In this document: positions 1-8,567 of the stretch, in pieces
Numbering within the stretch: the stretch's first letter is position 1
How the letters are laid out: every line of letters starts with the position of its first letter
Position numbers and translations under genes: made by a program
The notes under the pieces: generated by a model
Seen by the model: only the letters and a program-made list of their open reading frames with translations
Databases searched by the model: none
Told to the model about the DNA's origin: nothing
Virus record (IMG/VR): IMGVR_UViG_2663763243_000005
Coordinates: 1-64,000 of that record
DNA: 64,000 nt
From: a virus
Taxonomy: Duplodnaviria; Caudoviricetes
Strand: one strand, 5' to 3'

Positions 1-483
1 TTATTCCACTAAACATAATTCCCGCTCTACCTCGCGACGATTCTTTAACCCTTTCCACGACTGACCATCAGCATATATCCAGCGGCGTAACTCATCGCAA
101 GCGCCTTTGATGTCGCCAGTATTGAGCTTTTTAAGCAGCGTAGATTGGATAAAAGCATGCTGCCCGACGTTATAGGTGAACGAGTACAGAGCCGCTTTCT
201 GGTATTGGCTTAGTGGGATTTTCACAGCTGCATCAACAATGCGTTGTACCGGCGTCAGATCTTGTTGCAATAAAGCATCGCATTCCGCATCAGAATATTT
301 TTTACTGGGGATGATATCTTTACCGGTGTGGCCATCGCATACAGTGAGGACATTGACGACATCGTAGTAAGCCACATACTTGCGGCCCTCTAATCCATCT
401 TCACCACCCAGTAATACACCAGCAATAGCCAGTGCTCCGAAAGCAGAAACACCCATTAACTTACTGCGAAGAGTTGGAGACAT
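1..483 (-). CDS. Phage lysozyme (GH24, SAR-type endolysin)
   Basis: N-terminal hydrophobic SAR segment, LEG-x7-D-x5-T catalytic pattern, FTYNVG, GLKNRREVERELC. Confidence 0.95.
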   Translation of the reverse strand: MSPTLRSKLMGVSAFGALAIAGVLLGGEDGLEGRKYVAYYDVVNVLTVCDGHTGKDIIPSKKYSDAECDALLQQDLTPVQRIVDAAVKIPLSQYQKAALYSFTYNVGQHAFIQSTLLKKLNTGDIKGACDELRRWIYADGQSWKGLKNRREVERELCLVE

Positions 484-484
484 T

Positions 485-661
485 TTATTTCTTCCGTAAT
501 TGAAATTCTTTTCGCTTATAGTGCCAATTCACAATAAAGGTTCCCGTCGTGCAGACAATACCGACTACCATGGCCCATTCGTTTAGAGATAACGCACCAA
601 TCGTTGTTGTTAACCCGCCGAACCACAAGGATATCGCGCTGGAATATTTATCCATCTTCAT
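485..661 (-). CDS. Phage holin, 58 aa, dual-start Met-Lys-Met
   Basis: Not in ORF track. Translates MKMDKYSSAISLWFGGLTTTIGALSLNEWAMVVGIVCTTGTFIVNWHYKRKEFQLRKK, with a G-rich RBS, directly upstream of the lysozyme. Confidence 0.9.
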   Translation of the reverse strand: MKMDKYSSAISLWFGGLTTTIGALSLNEWAMVVGIVCTTGTFIVNWHYKRKEFQLRKK

Positions 662-885
662 TGTCTCCCCCTGCCAGTTGGCCTGGGCATATATTTGCTG
701 CTTTTGGAAAATAGCTCGCCGCCGTGCCCCATCCAGACGCAGAGATTATTTGAGGATAATTGATGCTGGCGATGAACTATAAAACCACACAAATAGCGAG
801 GCCTAATAATTTAAATTATTATGTAAAAATACCGTCTCTTTCGGTGATAATAAGCCAACAACATAGACAAAAGGAAAATTGCTCG

Positions 886-1062
886 ATGAATACCGGTTTT
901 ATTCTGCTCTGTATTTATGTAGTTGGCGTTATTATTTCTACTTTCATTATTTTCCCGCTGACACGTGACCAGAGCTTAGTAGTAAGGTGCTTGTCATCAC
1001 TTTTAATTGGTATAACCTGGCCCTTAAGCCTGCCCGTTGCCCTGCTGCTCTCGATGTTCTAA
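886..1062 (+). CDS. GhoT/OrtT family membrane toxin (58 aa)
   Basis: Two hydrophobic segments and C-terminal LIGITWPLSLPVALLLSMF, which matches the GhoT/OrtT signature (VGITWPMSLPVALLFSLF). AAGGA RBS before ATG 886. Confidence 0.85.
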   Translation: MNTGFILLCIYVVGVIISTFIIFPLTRDQSLVVRCLSSLLIGITWPLSLPVALLLSMF

Positions 1063-1124
1063 TTAATACGCGTTAGGAGCTGAGCCCAAAAGTATCGGGC
1101 CTCATCAATGCTTGGGGTAAAATG

Positions 1125-1149
1125 AAAAAACCCCGCCTGAGCGAGGTTT
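1125..1149 (-). terminator. tR'-like intrinsic terminator downstream of the late promoter region
   Basis: AAACCTCGC-TCAG-GCGGGGTTTTTT on the minus strand, between Q and holin. Confidence 0.75.
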
Positions 1150-1237
1150 ATTTGACTGTGTGAGTGCAACTGCACAACCAACTGTTATCAGACTAATGCA
1201 CTTTTTGCGGCCGCACCAACACTTTTATCATAAAAAA

Positions 1238-1657
1238 TTAATTTTGTATTTCGGCGTCCATCTCAAGGCGAATATCCATCATAGCAAGGCAACCATCAAC
1301 AAAGCCCTCAGCCATTTGTAGATTTATTCTTATTGCTCTTTCGTCTTTCTTTTGTTGCCTTGCAATAGCACGTTTGGATTGATTATAGACATAATGCCGA
1401 ATGACCAATTCCCACTCATCATACCGATGACGTTTTAAACGAGAAACACATCCATCAACGGCTAATCCATCATCATCACAACATGAAGGTCGTGATGAGG
1501 TGGTGTATGGGAGTAAACCTTTAAACCCTGCGGCAATAGAGGAATAGTCAATACCTGAATTATCTTTAGCCCATACACCCCAGCGCTCAAGAACAAGTTG
1601 AATATTACGCCTTGGTTTTTTCTGCCCTGAAGGCAAGTTTTTCGATATTCGCATCAT
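1238..1657 (-). CDS. Late antiterminator Q
   Basis: IQLVLERWGVWA...IAAGFKGLLP...CCDDDG...AEGFVDGCL, homologous to Q at 43454-43861. Confidence 0.92.
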   Translation of the reverse strand: MMRISKNLPSGQKKPRRNIQLVLERWGVWAKDNSGIDYSSIAAGFKGLLPYTTSSRPSCCDDDGLAVDGCVSRLKRHRYDEWELVIRHYVYNQSKRAIARQQKKDERAIRINLQMAEGFVDGCLAMMDIRLEMDAEIQN

Positions 1658-1735
1658 AACTCTTCTTCCTTCCGTGAAATATACTGTGTGTGCATAACGC
1701 CCCGTCCTAATTAGGGTCGATGGTGGCGCTATTAA

Positions 1736-2008
1736 TTAAATGGGGGAGTTTATGGAAAATATGGCATTTCCAGGCCCCTGCCCATTTGGAGGTTTAATTG
1801 CACAGCGCGGCAATACATCACAGTATTTGAGGCAAGTTATAGGGGCTGCGTGCTTATCTGCCCACAAGCCGCTATGACGAATATATTTTGTTAAATAGTT
1901 GACGTAGCTGTATCTCAACTTGATTTTATAATGCAGATACTGCCTGACTTCGAGCATGGCCGGTGTCAGTATGTTATTGTCAGATTTGATAAATGATAGT
2001 TGTGTCAT
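1736..2008 (-). pseudogene. Internally deleted DUF1367 family gene
   Basis: First ~31 aa align to 44151-44744 (MAQLSFIKSG...LHYKVKL), then the sequence jumps to YVNYL and diverges. Confidence 0.8.
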
Positions 2009-2081
2009 CTTGCCCCCTTGAGTGATGACACAACAACTGCTTAGGTTGTCAGTTGTTCAGGCCGACAGAGCTATTATTCCG

Positions 2082-2264
2082 TTAAACATCGGGCATTGAA
2101 ATTGTATACCCGGCTATTTCTGCCAATTCGATTAATACCGGTAAGGTCGCGACAAACTGATTATCTCTTAAGTGTTCCACACTCACTATCTCACCATGTT
2201 CGCAACGGAGTAAAACTGTACCATCCGAAGGCAGAAGCTTAATCAAGTTTTCTATAGGAATCAT
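2082..2264 (-). CDS. Phage hypothetical protein (paralogue of 44818-45000)
   Basis: 60 aa, collinear similarity to 44818-45000. Confidence 0.8.
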   Translation of the reverse strand: MIPIENLIKLLPSDGTVLLRCEHGEIVSVEHLRDNQFVATLPVLIELAEIAGYTISMPDV

Positions 2265-2407
2265 TAGGTAACATCCTTATATTATTAACCCCCTACAGGG
2301 GACCCGATTAAACTCGATTTCCCTTCTAACTAAATTAATTAAAGCCACATATTAGAAATAGCTGACATAACCCCATGAAAGAGGAAATATCAGCTGCTCT
2401 CATTTTA

Positions 2408-3052
2408 TTAAGTGTCTTTTTCCCAAGGGCATAGCTCGGTTAACGCGGTTTCCAGCGTGGAGATATCGTCAGAGCTGAGCAATGGGATCAGCTTTTCAAT
2501 TTCATCATCTGGTCGTTTATAAATCCGTAGATTTACGATCCTCGTAATGACATCTTCAGAGAAACGGTATTTTATGACCCGAGCCGGGTTGCCACCGACG
2601 ACGGCATACGCAGGAATATCTTTTGTGACAATACTCCCTGCCGCAATAACAGCGCCCTCACCGACCGTAACACCTGGCATAACCATACAGCGCATTCCAA
2701 GCCAGCACCCATCATTCAGTACGGTATTCCCTCTGGGCTGATAAGATTTTTTCACCATACTCATAAAGGGATAAAGGCTAATAAAATCAATGGAGTGATT
2801 ATGATTCCCGCCCATTAATATTACAGCTTCCGCACCAATACAGACATAATCACCAATAATAAGTTGGTCAATATGCCCAAGCGGCTCCCATTGCTGGCTG
2901 ACGTTGTCGCCGTGGAGATAACGAACAACCGAATGTTCAAACCCATCGTCCCAACAGTCACTGTAGTAACTATGTTGGCCTCTGATCAAAATATTCGGGT
3001 TCTTGACGGAAAGATGCAGATACTCGACTTGTGACCAGTGTTTATTTTTCAT
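2408..3052 (-). CDS. CatB-related O-acetyltransferase (xenobiotic acetyltransferase, hexapeptide repeat)
   Basis: LIIGDYVCIG, MGGNHNH, GVTVGEGAVIAAGSIVTKDIPAYAVVGGNPARVIKYRF. Confidence 0.9.
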   Translation of the reverse strand: MKNKHWSQVEYLHLSVKNPNILIRGQHSYYSDCWDDGFEHSVVRYLHGDNVSQQWEPLGHIDQLIIGDYVCIGAEAVILMGGNHNHSIDFISLYPFMSMVKKSYQPRGNTVLNDGCWLGMRCMVMPGVTVGEGAVIAAGSIVTKDIPAYAVVGGNPARVIKYRFSEDVITRIVNLRIYKRPDDEIEKLIPLLSSDDISTLETALTELCPWEKDT

Positions 3053-3070
3053 GACTTTTTCCTTTTCGAT

Positions 3071-3104
3071 AAAAGAAAGCCACGGAACGTGTTGATTTCG
3101 TGGC
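3071..3104 (-). terminator. Attenuator terminator upstream of the CatB-like gene
   Basis: GCCACG...CGTGGC stem followed by TTTCTTTT on the minus strand, overlapping an alternative stem GCAGTGGTTAT/ATAATCACTGC. Confidence 0.7.
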
Positions 3105-3109
3105 AGTGA

Positions 3110-3187
3110 TTATACGTTCAGATAACCACTGCTTTTAGCTATTCGAGGATGGAACATCAGCGGACAACGGAAATAATTTATATTCAT
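3110..3187 (-). CDS. Putative leader peptide (25 aa) of the CatB-like gene
   Basis: MNINYFRCPLMFHPRIAKSSGYLNV with AAGGTGG RBS; stop codon abuts the attenuator hairpins. Confidence 0.6.
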   Translation of the reverse strand: MNINYFRCPLMFHPRIAKSSGYLNV

Positions 3188-3452
3188 AAAAACCACCTTT
3201 TGTCTTATTTTAAGTAGATTTTCTCATATGTTCAATTGTGATTTTTTATAACTAACCTTTTAGCACTAGAGTTGCCTACCGCTACGTAATGGGTATTTTT
3301 GATCCCAGCCCAGTTTGGGCTGAAGATGGGCATCTTTGTCTGGGTAGCTTCAACCTCCACGTTAAACAGCAACCAGATTAAATCATAGGGTTACATCAAA
3401 GTACAACTAAAGAGTTATTTATATAATTAAACCTTTGGTTTATAATCTTGAT

Positions 3453-3872
3453 ATGAAAGAAGAAAAAAGCTCACTGGAACCGCCTATTGCGGCTCGACTT
3501 TATCACTTAATGAATAAAACCGGCGTGAATAAGTCGGGGCTTGCTCGTATCTGCGGAATAACTCCTCAAGCCGCTGGTCGCTGGTTCACGAAAGGAAAGA
3601 TAAGCAAAGATTCGGCATTAAAATTATCTGAAGCCTTTGGTGTTTCCCTTTCCTGGTTGCTAAGTGATGAAACGGATAACCCAGAGCTCCCCACCGTCTC
3701 AGAAGTCGTTTTAAGTGAAAGACAAAGGGAATTGCTGAATTTGTTTGACCGACTACCTGAAAGTGATAAAGACAATTATATTGAAGCACTTAGGACCAAA
3801 GTTGAGAACTACGACAAGTTATTCAATGAGCTATTGAAATCCAGAAATATCAAAGAATTATCCTTAAAGTAG
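3453..3872 (+). CDS. CI-like HTH repressor with DicA-type C-terminus
   Basis: HTH (LARICGITPQAAGRW...LSEAFGVSLSWLL) and C-terminal ELLNLFDRLPESDK...LFNELLKSR as in DicA. Confidence 0.9.
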   Translation: MKEEKSSLEPPIAARLYHLMNKTGVNKSGLARICGITPQAAGRWFTKGKISKDSALKLSEAFGVSLSWLLSDETDNPELPTVSEVVLSERQRELLNLFDRLPESDKDNYIEALRTKVENYDKLFNELLKSRNIKELSLK

Positions 3873-3900
3873 AAACAATAGACAAAATAAATCACCAATG

Positions 3901-3923
3901 AAACCAGCTCTTGCTGGTTTTTT
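3901..3923 (+). terminator. Intrinsic terminator after repressor
   Basis: AAACCAGC-TCTT-GCTGGTTTTTT. Confidence 0.8.
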
Positions 3924-4011
3924 CGTCTAAATTTCAAAATATTAACCCTATGATTGATAATGAAGTAAAACTAATGATTGATATCAATATAATCCTATGA
4001 TTTAATCCACT

Positions 4012-4070
4012 CATCAACGGCACAGCAGCCGCTTAGGTGAGCAAGTTCTGACAATCTGAAAGCAGATAAA
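4012..4070 (+). repeat. Conserved pL leader (copy 1), 57/59 identical to 50921-50979
   Basis: Direct comparison of the two sequences; three small hairpins. Confidence 0.85.
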
Positions 4071-4186
4071 TCGTGAGTAAAGCATAATTTTTGGAATAAG
4101 AATGGAATATAAAAAGATAGACTAAATAACAACTCCATCAATATAATCAACCCACTCATACACCAATTTATATAAGGAGGATTGCC

Positions 4187-4270
4187 ATGTTGACCCGTGA
4201 AATGTTTTTAGTTTCGCTCGTCCTTAGCGATCGTCATTGCTCAAGCATTACTGGTATCGTGCTGCGATAA
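4187..4270 (+). CDS. Putative leader peptide (27 aa) of the ABC-F gene
   Basis: MLTREMFLVSLVLSDRHCSSITGIVLR with strong AAGGAGG RBS. Overlaps mutually exclusive stems 4208-4219/4278-4289 and 4239-4247/4273-4281. Confidence 0.7.
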   Translation: MLTREMFLVSLVLSDRHCSSITGIVLR

Positions 4271-4382
4271 CCTGCTTGAGCGAAGCTAACTAAACAATCT
4301 GAGAACTTCCCTCCGGCTTACCGGTTATCGTCAGTAATTTTTGACGATAGGCATTTTTATGCCTGAAATCTGGATAAGCATC

Positions 4383-6122
4383 ATGAGTACATTACTTTCT
4401 GCGCAATCTGTCAGCTACGACAACACCTTCGGTCCGTTACTGGCTGAGATTTCTTTTAGCCTGAAAAAAGGCGACCGCATCGGCCTGATTGGGCATAACG
4501 GCTGTGGCAAAAGTACCCTTCTGAATATCCTCAGCGGTGCACTATCTATGACCTCTGGCACCATCACAACAGCAAATCAATGCTTGATGGCCACGGTAGA
4601 ACAGCATCTGCCCTGCGCATTAAACGAAGCTACGTTGATAGATGCGGTGCTCAATCATCTGCCGGGCAGCCTGCACCAACCGGAACGCTGGCAAGCCGAA
4701 GTCCTACTCGCCACACTGGGTTTTGAGGAAAACGTATGGTCACTGACTGCCGCAACTCTGAGCGGCGGGCAACATACGCGCCTGCTGCTAGCGCGAGCTT
4801 TGATCCGCCAGCCGGATTTACTGCTGCTGGATGAGCCCAGTAACCACCTGGATTTACCAACTCTGCTATGGCTTGAACAGTTTCTACAAAATTGGGGAGG
4901 CAGCTTTGTACTGGTATCGCACGACCGCAGCCTGCTCGACCGCGTGACCAACTGCACCTGGATCTTGCGCGATAAAACCCTGCAATTTATTCGTCTACCC
5001 TGCTCACAAGCCAGGCTGGCGTTAGAAGAAAAGGATAGCGCCGATGCTCATCGCCATCATGCAGAACAAAAGGAGATCGACCGAGTAGCGAAAAGTGCCA
5101 AACGGTTGGCTATCTGGGGCAGCGTGTATGACAACGAAAAGCTGGCTCGTAAAGCCAAGCAGATGGAGAAACAAGTTGATCGAATGAAGGAAGATCAAAC
5201 TCTATTAACGGCCGGCAATCAATGGCAATTGCGGCTCAATGGTGAAGCATTGCCTGCTGATCGTGTGCTGGCACTATCTGATTTGCAGGTGCGTCCTGCG
5301 CCGGATGCACCTGTTTTATTCGAACTGGATGAAGTTAGAGTAAAAAGTGGCGATCGCATCGCGCTAGTTGGCCGCAATGGCTGCGGTAAGTCATCGTTAT
5401 TACATAGCTTATGGCAGGAATTTAACCAGCCAGAAACCTCCGATGCGGGTATAGTTTTTCATCCAAAAGTCCGTATGGGATATTACGATCAAAGCCTACA
5501 TCAATTACACGATGACGATTCAATCAGCGACGCGCTGACGCCTTTTGCACCATTGACGGAAGACCAGCGAAAAATGGCGCTGATTGGTGCGGGCTTCCCT
5601 TACCTGCGGCATCAACAAAAGGTAAGTACCCTAAGCGGTGGTGAACGTTCACGGCTGCTGTTTATCGGCTTAACACTGGCAAACTATTCGTTACTGCTAC
5701 TGGATGAGCCGACCAACCACCTCGATATAGAAGGTAAAGAGGAACTGGCGGAAACACTAAAAACGTTCAAAGGTGCAGTATTATTGGTGTCACATGACCG
5801 CATGCTAATTGAGCAAAGTTGTAATCGCTTCTGGTTGATCCACCAACAACGGCTCGAAGAGTGGCACGACCTGGCTCCGGTTTACAACATTCTGGCCGAT
5901 AAACCAGTAATAGCGCCGAGTTCAAGTTCAGCCATTGCTACAGCTGCTATTACCACCCTCATGAAAAGTGAGGAAGATTATTTGCTGACAGCCTTGCTGG
6001 ATCTGGAGGCCAAACTGGCCGAGGATTTGGCGCGGAAACCTAAACACCAAAAAATCACATTACAACGTGAGTGGCAGCAACAAATCGACGAGCTTAATAG
6101 TCTGCTAGGTTTAAGAGAGTGA
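4383..6122 (+). CDS. ABC-F family ATP-binding protein (ribosome-associated)
   Basis: Two ABC domains (GHNGCGKS/LSGGQ/DEPSNHLD and GRNGCGKS/LSGGE/DEPTNHLD), helical linker, no TM segments. Start could be 4359 or 4383. Confidence 0.93.
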   Translation: MSTLLSAQSVSYDNTFGPLLAEISFSLKKGDRIGLIGHNGCGKSTLLNILSGALSMTSGTITTANQCLMATVEQHLPCALNEATLIDAVLNHLPGSLHQPERWQAEVLLATLGFEENVWSLTAATLSGGQHTRLLLARALIRQPDLLLLDEPSNHLDLPTLLWLEQFLQNWGGSFVLVSHDRSLLDRVTNCTWILRDKTLQFIRLPCSQARLALEEKDSADAHRHHAEQKEIDRVAKSAKRLAIWGSVYDNEKLARKAKQMEKQVDRMKEDQTLLTAGNQWQLRLNGEALPADRVLALSDLQVRPAPDAPVLFELDEVRVKSGDRIALVGRNGCGKSSLLHSLWQEFNQPETSDAGIVFHPKVRMGYYDQSLHQLHDDDSISDALTPFAPLTEDQRKMALIGAGFPYLRHQQKVSTLSGGERSRLLFIGLTLANYSLLLLDEPTNHLDIEGKEELAETLKTFKGAVLLVSHDRMLIEQSCNRFWLIHQQRLEEWHDLAPVYNILADKPVIAPSSSSAIATAAITTLMKSEEDYLLTALLDLEAKLAEDLARKPKHQKITLQREWQQQIDELNSLLGLRE

Positions 6123-6175
6123 GGACTAACGGATTCAAAAGTTTTTAACTCAAATATCCGCTGGGTGTATGACCA

Positions 6176-6206
6176 ATAAGCCTCATCAGTTTCTGATGGG
6201 GCTTAT
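6176..6206 (+). terminator. Hairpin terminator after ABC-F
   Basis: ATAAGCCTCATCAG-TTT-CTGATGGGGCTTAT. Confidence 0.7.
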
Positions 6207-6583
6207 TCCATGCTTTCAGGTTGCTGGCTCCCACAAAAATCAGTACCAGTAAACATAAATCGCCAACTAGACAGTATAACTCTCGCCATAATTTCAAACT
6301 ATTTTCAGAGCCTCGCTCGCTATAATCCTAGGGTATTACCTGTGACAACATTCACCGTTATCTATCTGGATTCCCATAGAAATGAGTGGGTAAAAATTTC
6401 GCCGGTTGAACCTGGCTAAAATAATCAATGTAGAAACCATGGCCGGACATCGATTATTTATTTTTTTATCAGAGATAAGAAAAATATTTACTCCACGAAA
6501 AGGCTAAATACAGAGCTTTCTTGTAGAAAATCTATTGAGCAATAGATATACAGTGGTACTGCTTTAGTTAACACCATAAGGAA

Positions 6584-6979
6584 ATGGATGCTAGGGAAAA
6601 AGACAAACTGGAAAAAATGGTATTTTCCGGCGATATTGTCATGCTTAGCGACATTCATGGCCCTGCCAAGCTATTTTATATTGGTGAAAACGGTAAGCTT
6701 ATTTGCACCGATCCACTTAGTTTTCATTTTGATGGTGCGAAAAAGATTATCGCTGAATTTAATAGCTCGGTGAGTAGAAAGGATTATAGTCACTCTGAAG
6801 GAAAACCACGACCAACACAGGTTCAGCGTTTGGTACGTGCTTCTGTACCTGATTTGCCAGCACAGCAAGCCTTCCGTACTATTAACACCAAGGCTGCGGA
6901 GCGACTGCTGGCTGCCGGAGGCGTTTACAACGGAAATGTTGAAGGTTATACGAAAACAGCCCAAGATTTAGGCGGTTAA
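6584..6979 (+). pseudogene. N-terminal fragment of polymorphic (T6SS-type) toxin
   Basis: Ends in TINTKAAERLLAAGGVYNGNVEGY..AQDLGG, a linker I recall from enterobacterial Hcp-extension-type effectors; truncated just before the toxin domain. Confidence 0.5.
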
Positions 6980-6995
6980 GCAAGCTAAAGCAAAA

Positions 6996-7283
6996 GTGTT
7001 AGCTGACGGTACTAGAGAAACGTTCCCTAATGGAAATATGGCGGATGCTCATGCCGAAATAGGTGCTCTTCAACAAGCACATGAAGCTGGGGTCTCGAAG
7101 GGAGCCGATATAAACATGGTTGTGAGCGGTAAAGATGTCTGTGGTTACTGTAGAGGCGATATTGCTGCAGCCGCAAATGCCGCTGAAGTAAACTCGCTCA
7201 CTATACATGCTGTCGATAAATATGGTGACCCAGTAAAATACACATGGGAAACAGGAATGAGATCTATCAAGGTGGCTAAATGA
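6996..7283 (+). pseudogene. C-terminal deaminase toxin domain fragment
   Basis: AHAEIG and DVCGYC give the HxE...CxxC zinc deaminase motifs. No proper start. Stop overlaps the next gene (ATGA). Confidence 0.75.
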
Positions 7284-7690
7284 ATAAAGATATGGTGTTA
7301 GGCGGTTATTTCTTTAGCCCTTCTGGTGATAGGGAACAGTTAAAACCTTTAAAGAACCCTTCTGAGGATGACTTACTCCAAGTCCTTGAACTTTTCCGTG
7401 ATAACGTTGGTGTGTTGGGTATGAAAAATAACGCTTGTGACGATATCGATCCTGAAGAGTTATCTTTATACACTGAATCTGGACGCTATATGTTGTTGCT
7501 AGGTGAAAATGATTGTGATGGTGAATATAACGTCAGGACGTTGCACAACCTAAACTCACCAGGTGGCTTGCAGCTTATGCACGGTGAACCTTATGGTGCA
7601 TCAACTATAGTTGATGATTTTGATCCGGTGATCACTGCTTTTCGAGAGTATCTAGCTACTGGTAATGTATCGACAGACCTCCTTTATTAA
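7280..7690 (+). CDS. Putative immunity protein for the deaminase toxin
   Basis: Acidic 136 aa protein translationally coupled to the toxin; C-terminal AFREYLATG resembles Imm1/DUF6911-like immunity proteins. Confidence 0.65.
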   Translation: MNKDMVLGGYFFSPSGDREQLKPLKNPSEDDLLQVLELFRDNVGVLGMKNNACDDIDPEELSLYTESGRYMLLLGENDCDGEYNVRTLHNLNSPGGLQLMHGEPYGASTIVDDFDPVITAFREYLATGNVSTDLLY

Positions 7691-8032
7691 TATTGCTTAA
7701 GTCATCAAAATGGCGATCCAACCCAGCACCATTGCTAGGTTTTTGTGCTTGATCCCGACATCGTAATTACTCCAATAACGCGTCAAAACTCATGCTTTAT
7801 TAACGCGTCAAGGATATCCGAATTGGTAGTTTTGAGATTTATTAACGCCAATAAATTTGATGAAAACATCATGCTGCAGATGATTATATTTTTTGAGATA
7901 ACTTAGATAATTAATTGACAAGCCATATAACCTTATATTTAACAAAGTATTATTTATTCAAATTATGGGGATATAACAACATTCATAAGAAAACCGCATT
8001 ATTAGACAAGAGATAAAAAACATTGACACCCT

Positions 8033-8396
8033 CATGAAATATCCGTTGACCAATCAGCTCTGTCTTTAGAGCTACCATGGTTTTTATAACACCGAAACTT
8101 TCCCCTACGGCGTGGAGTTCTGTATTCATTCCATCTTCGGGGAAATTCTCAATTAAGATATCCTCGCTACTTTTATTTTGAAATCTCTCGCTCATAAAAT
8201 ATTCATATCAATAGCATTCCCTTCGGCATGTCTGATTCTTAATGATGGCGCTACGTTAAGCCCTCTCATACCGTACACTTTTACCATATTCTGTGTAGCT
8301 TTAATGCTTTTCGCAGTGTCCATACTGCCATCGATCTTTTAATGCGCCCATTGGATGCAAACTCCCGTTTCAACCCGTACATATTCAGGCTTGGTA
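8033..8396 (-). pseudogene. Remnant of peptidoglycan-hydrolase-like effector
   Basis: Broken frames read GVCIQWAH*KIDGS...YGMRGLNVAPSLRIRHAEGNAIDMNI, DGMNTELHAVGESFGVIK, HGSSKDRADWSTD; RH-x-EG-x-AID is a peptidase M15-like motif. Confidence 0.5.
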
Positions 8397-8567
8397 AGGT
8401 TTTTTTGGTATTTTACAAGACCAATGTATCAAATAAACCCTCTCTGGGGGATTAATGTTGCAAATATAATTACTGCCGCGCAAATCTTATTAATTTAGAT
8501 ATAAAATTATCAATGCTTATTTTAAATGACGGACTTAATAATGAATTCCCTTTAGAAGTATTATTAT

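Larger units (their letters stand above)
3381..4006. promoter_or_regulatory. Repressor operators and promoters of element 1
   Basis: TAAyCCTATGATT at 3943-3955, 3990-4002 and inverted at 3381-3393. TATAAT at 3441-3446 lies just before the repressor ATG (leaderless). TTGATA-17-TTTAAT at 3978-4006. Confidence 0.65.

Noticed and set aside
2408-3052. Calling the acetyltransferase vat(F) or a specific catB allele
   Set aside because: The N-terminus (KHWSQVEYLH...SYYSDCWD) fits the CatB-related group rather than Vat; the substrate cannot be read from sequence.
3200-3360. cro gene of element 1
   Set aside because: No HTH ORF divergent from the repressor; only a short hairpin (CAGCCCAGTTTGGGCTG) remains.
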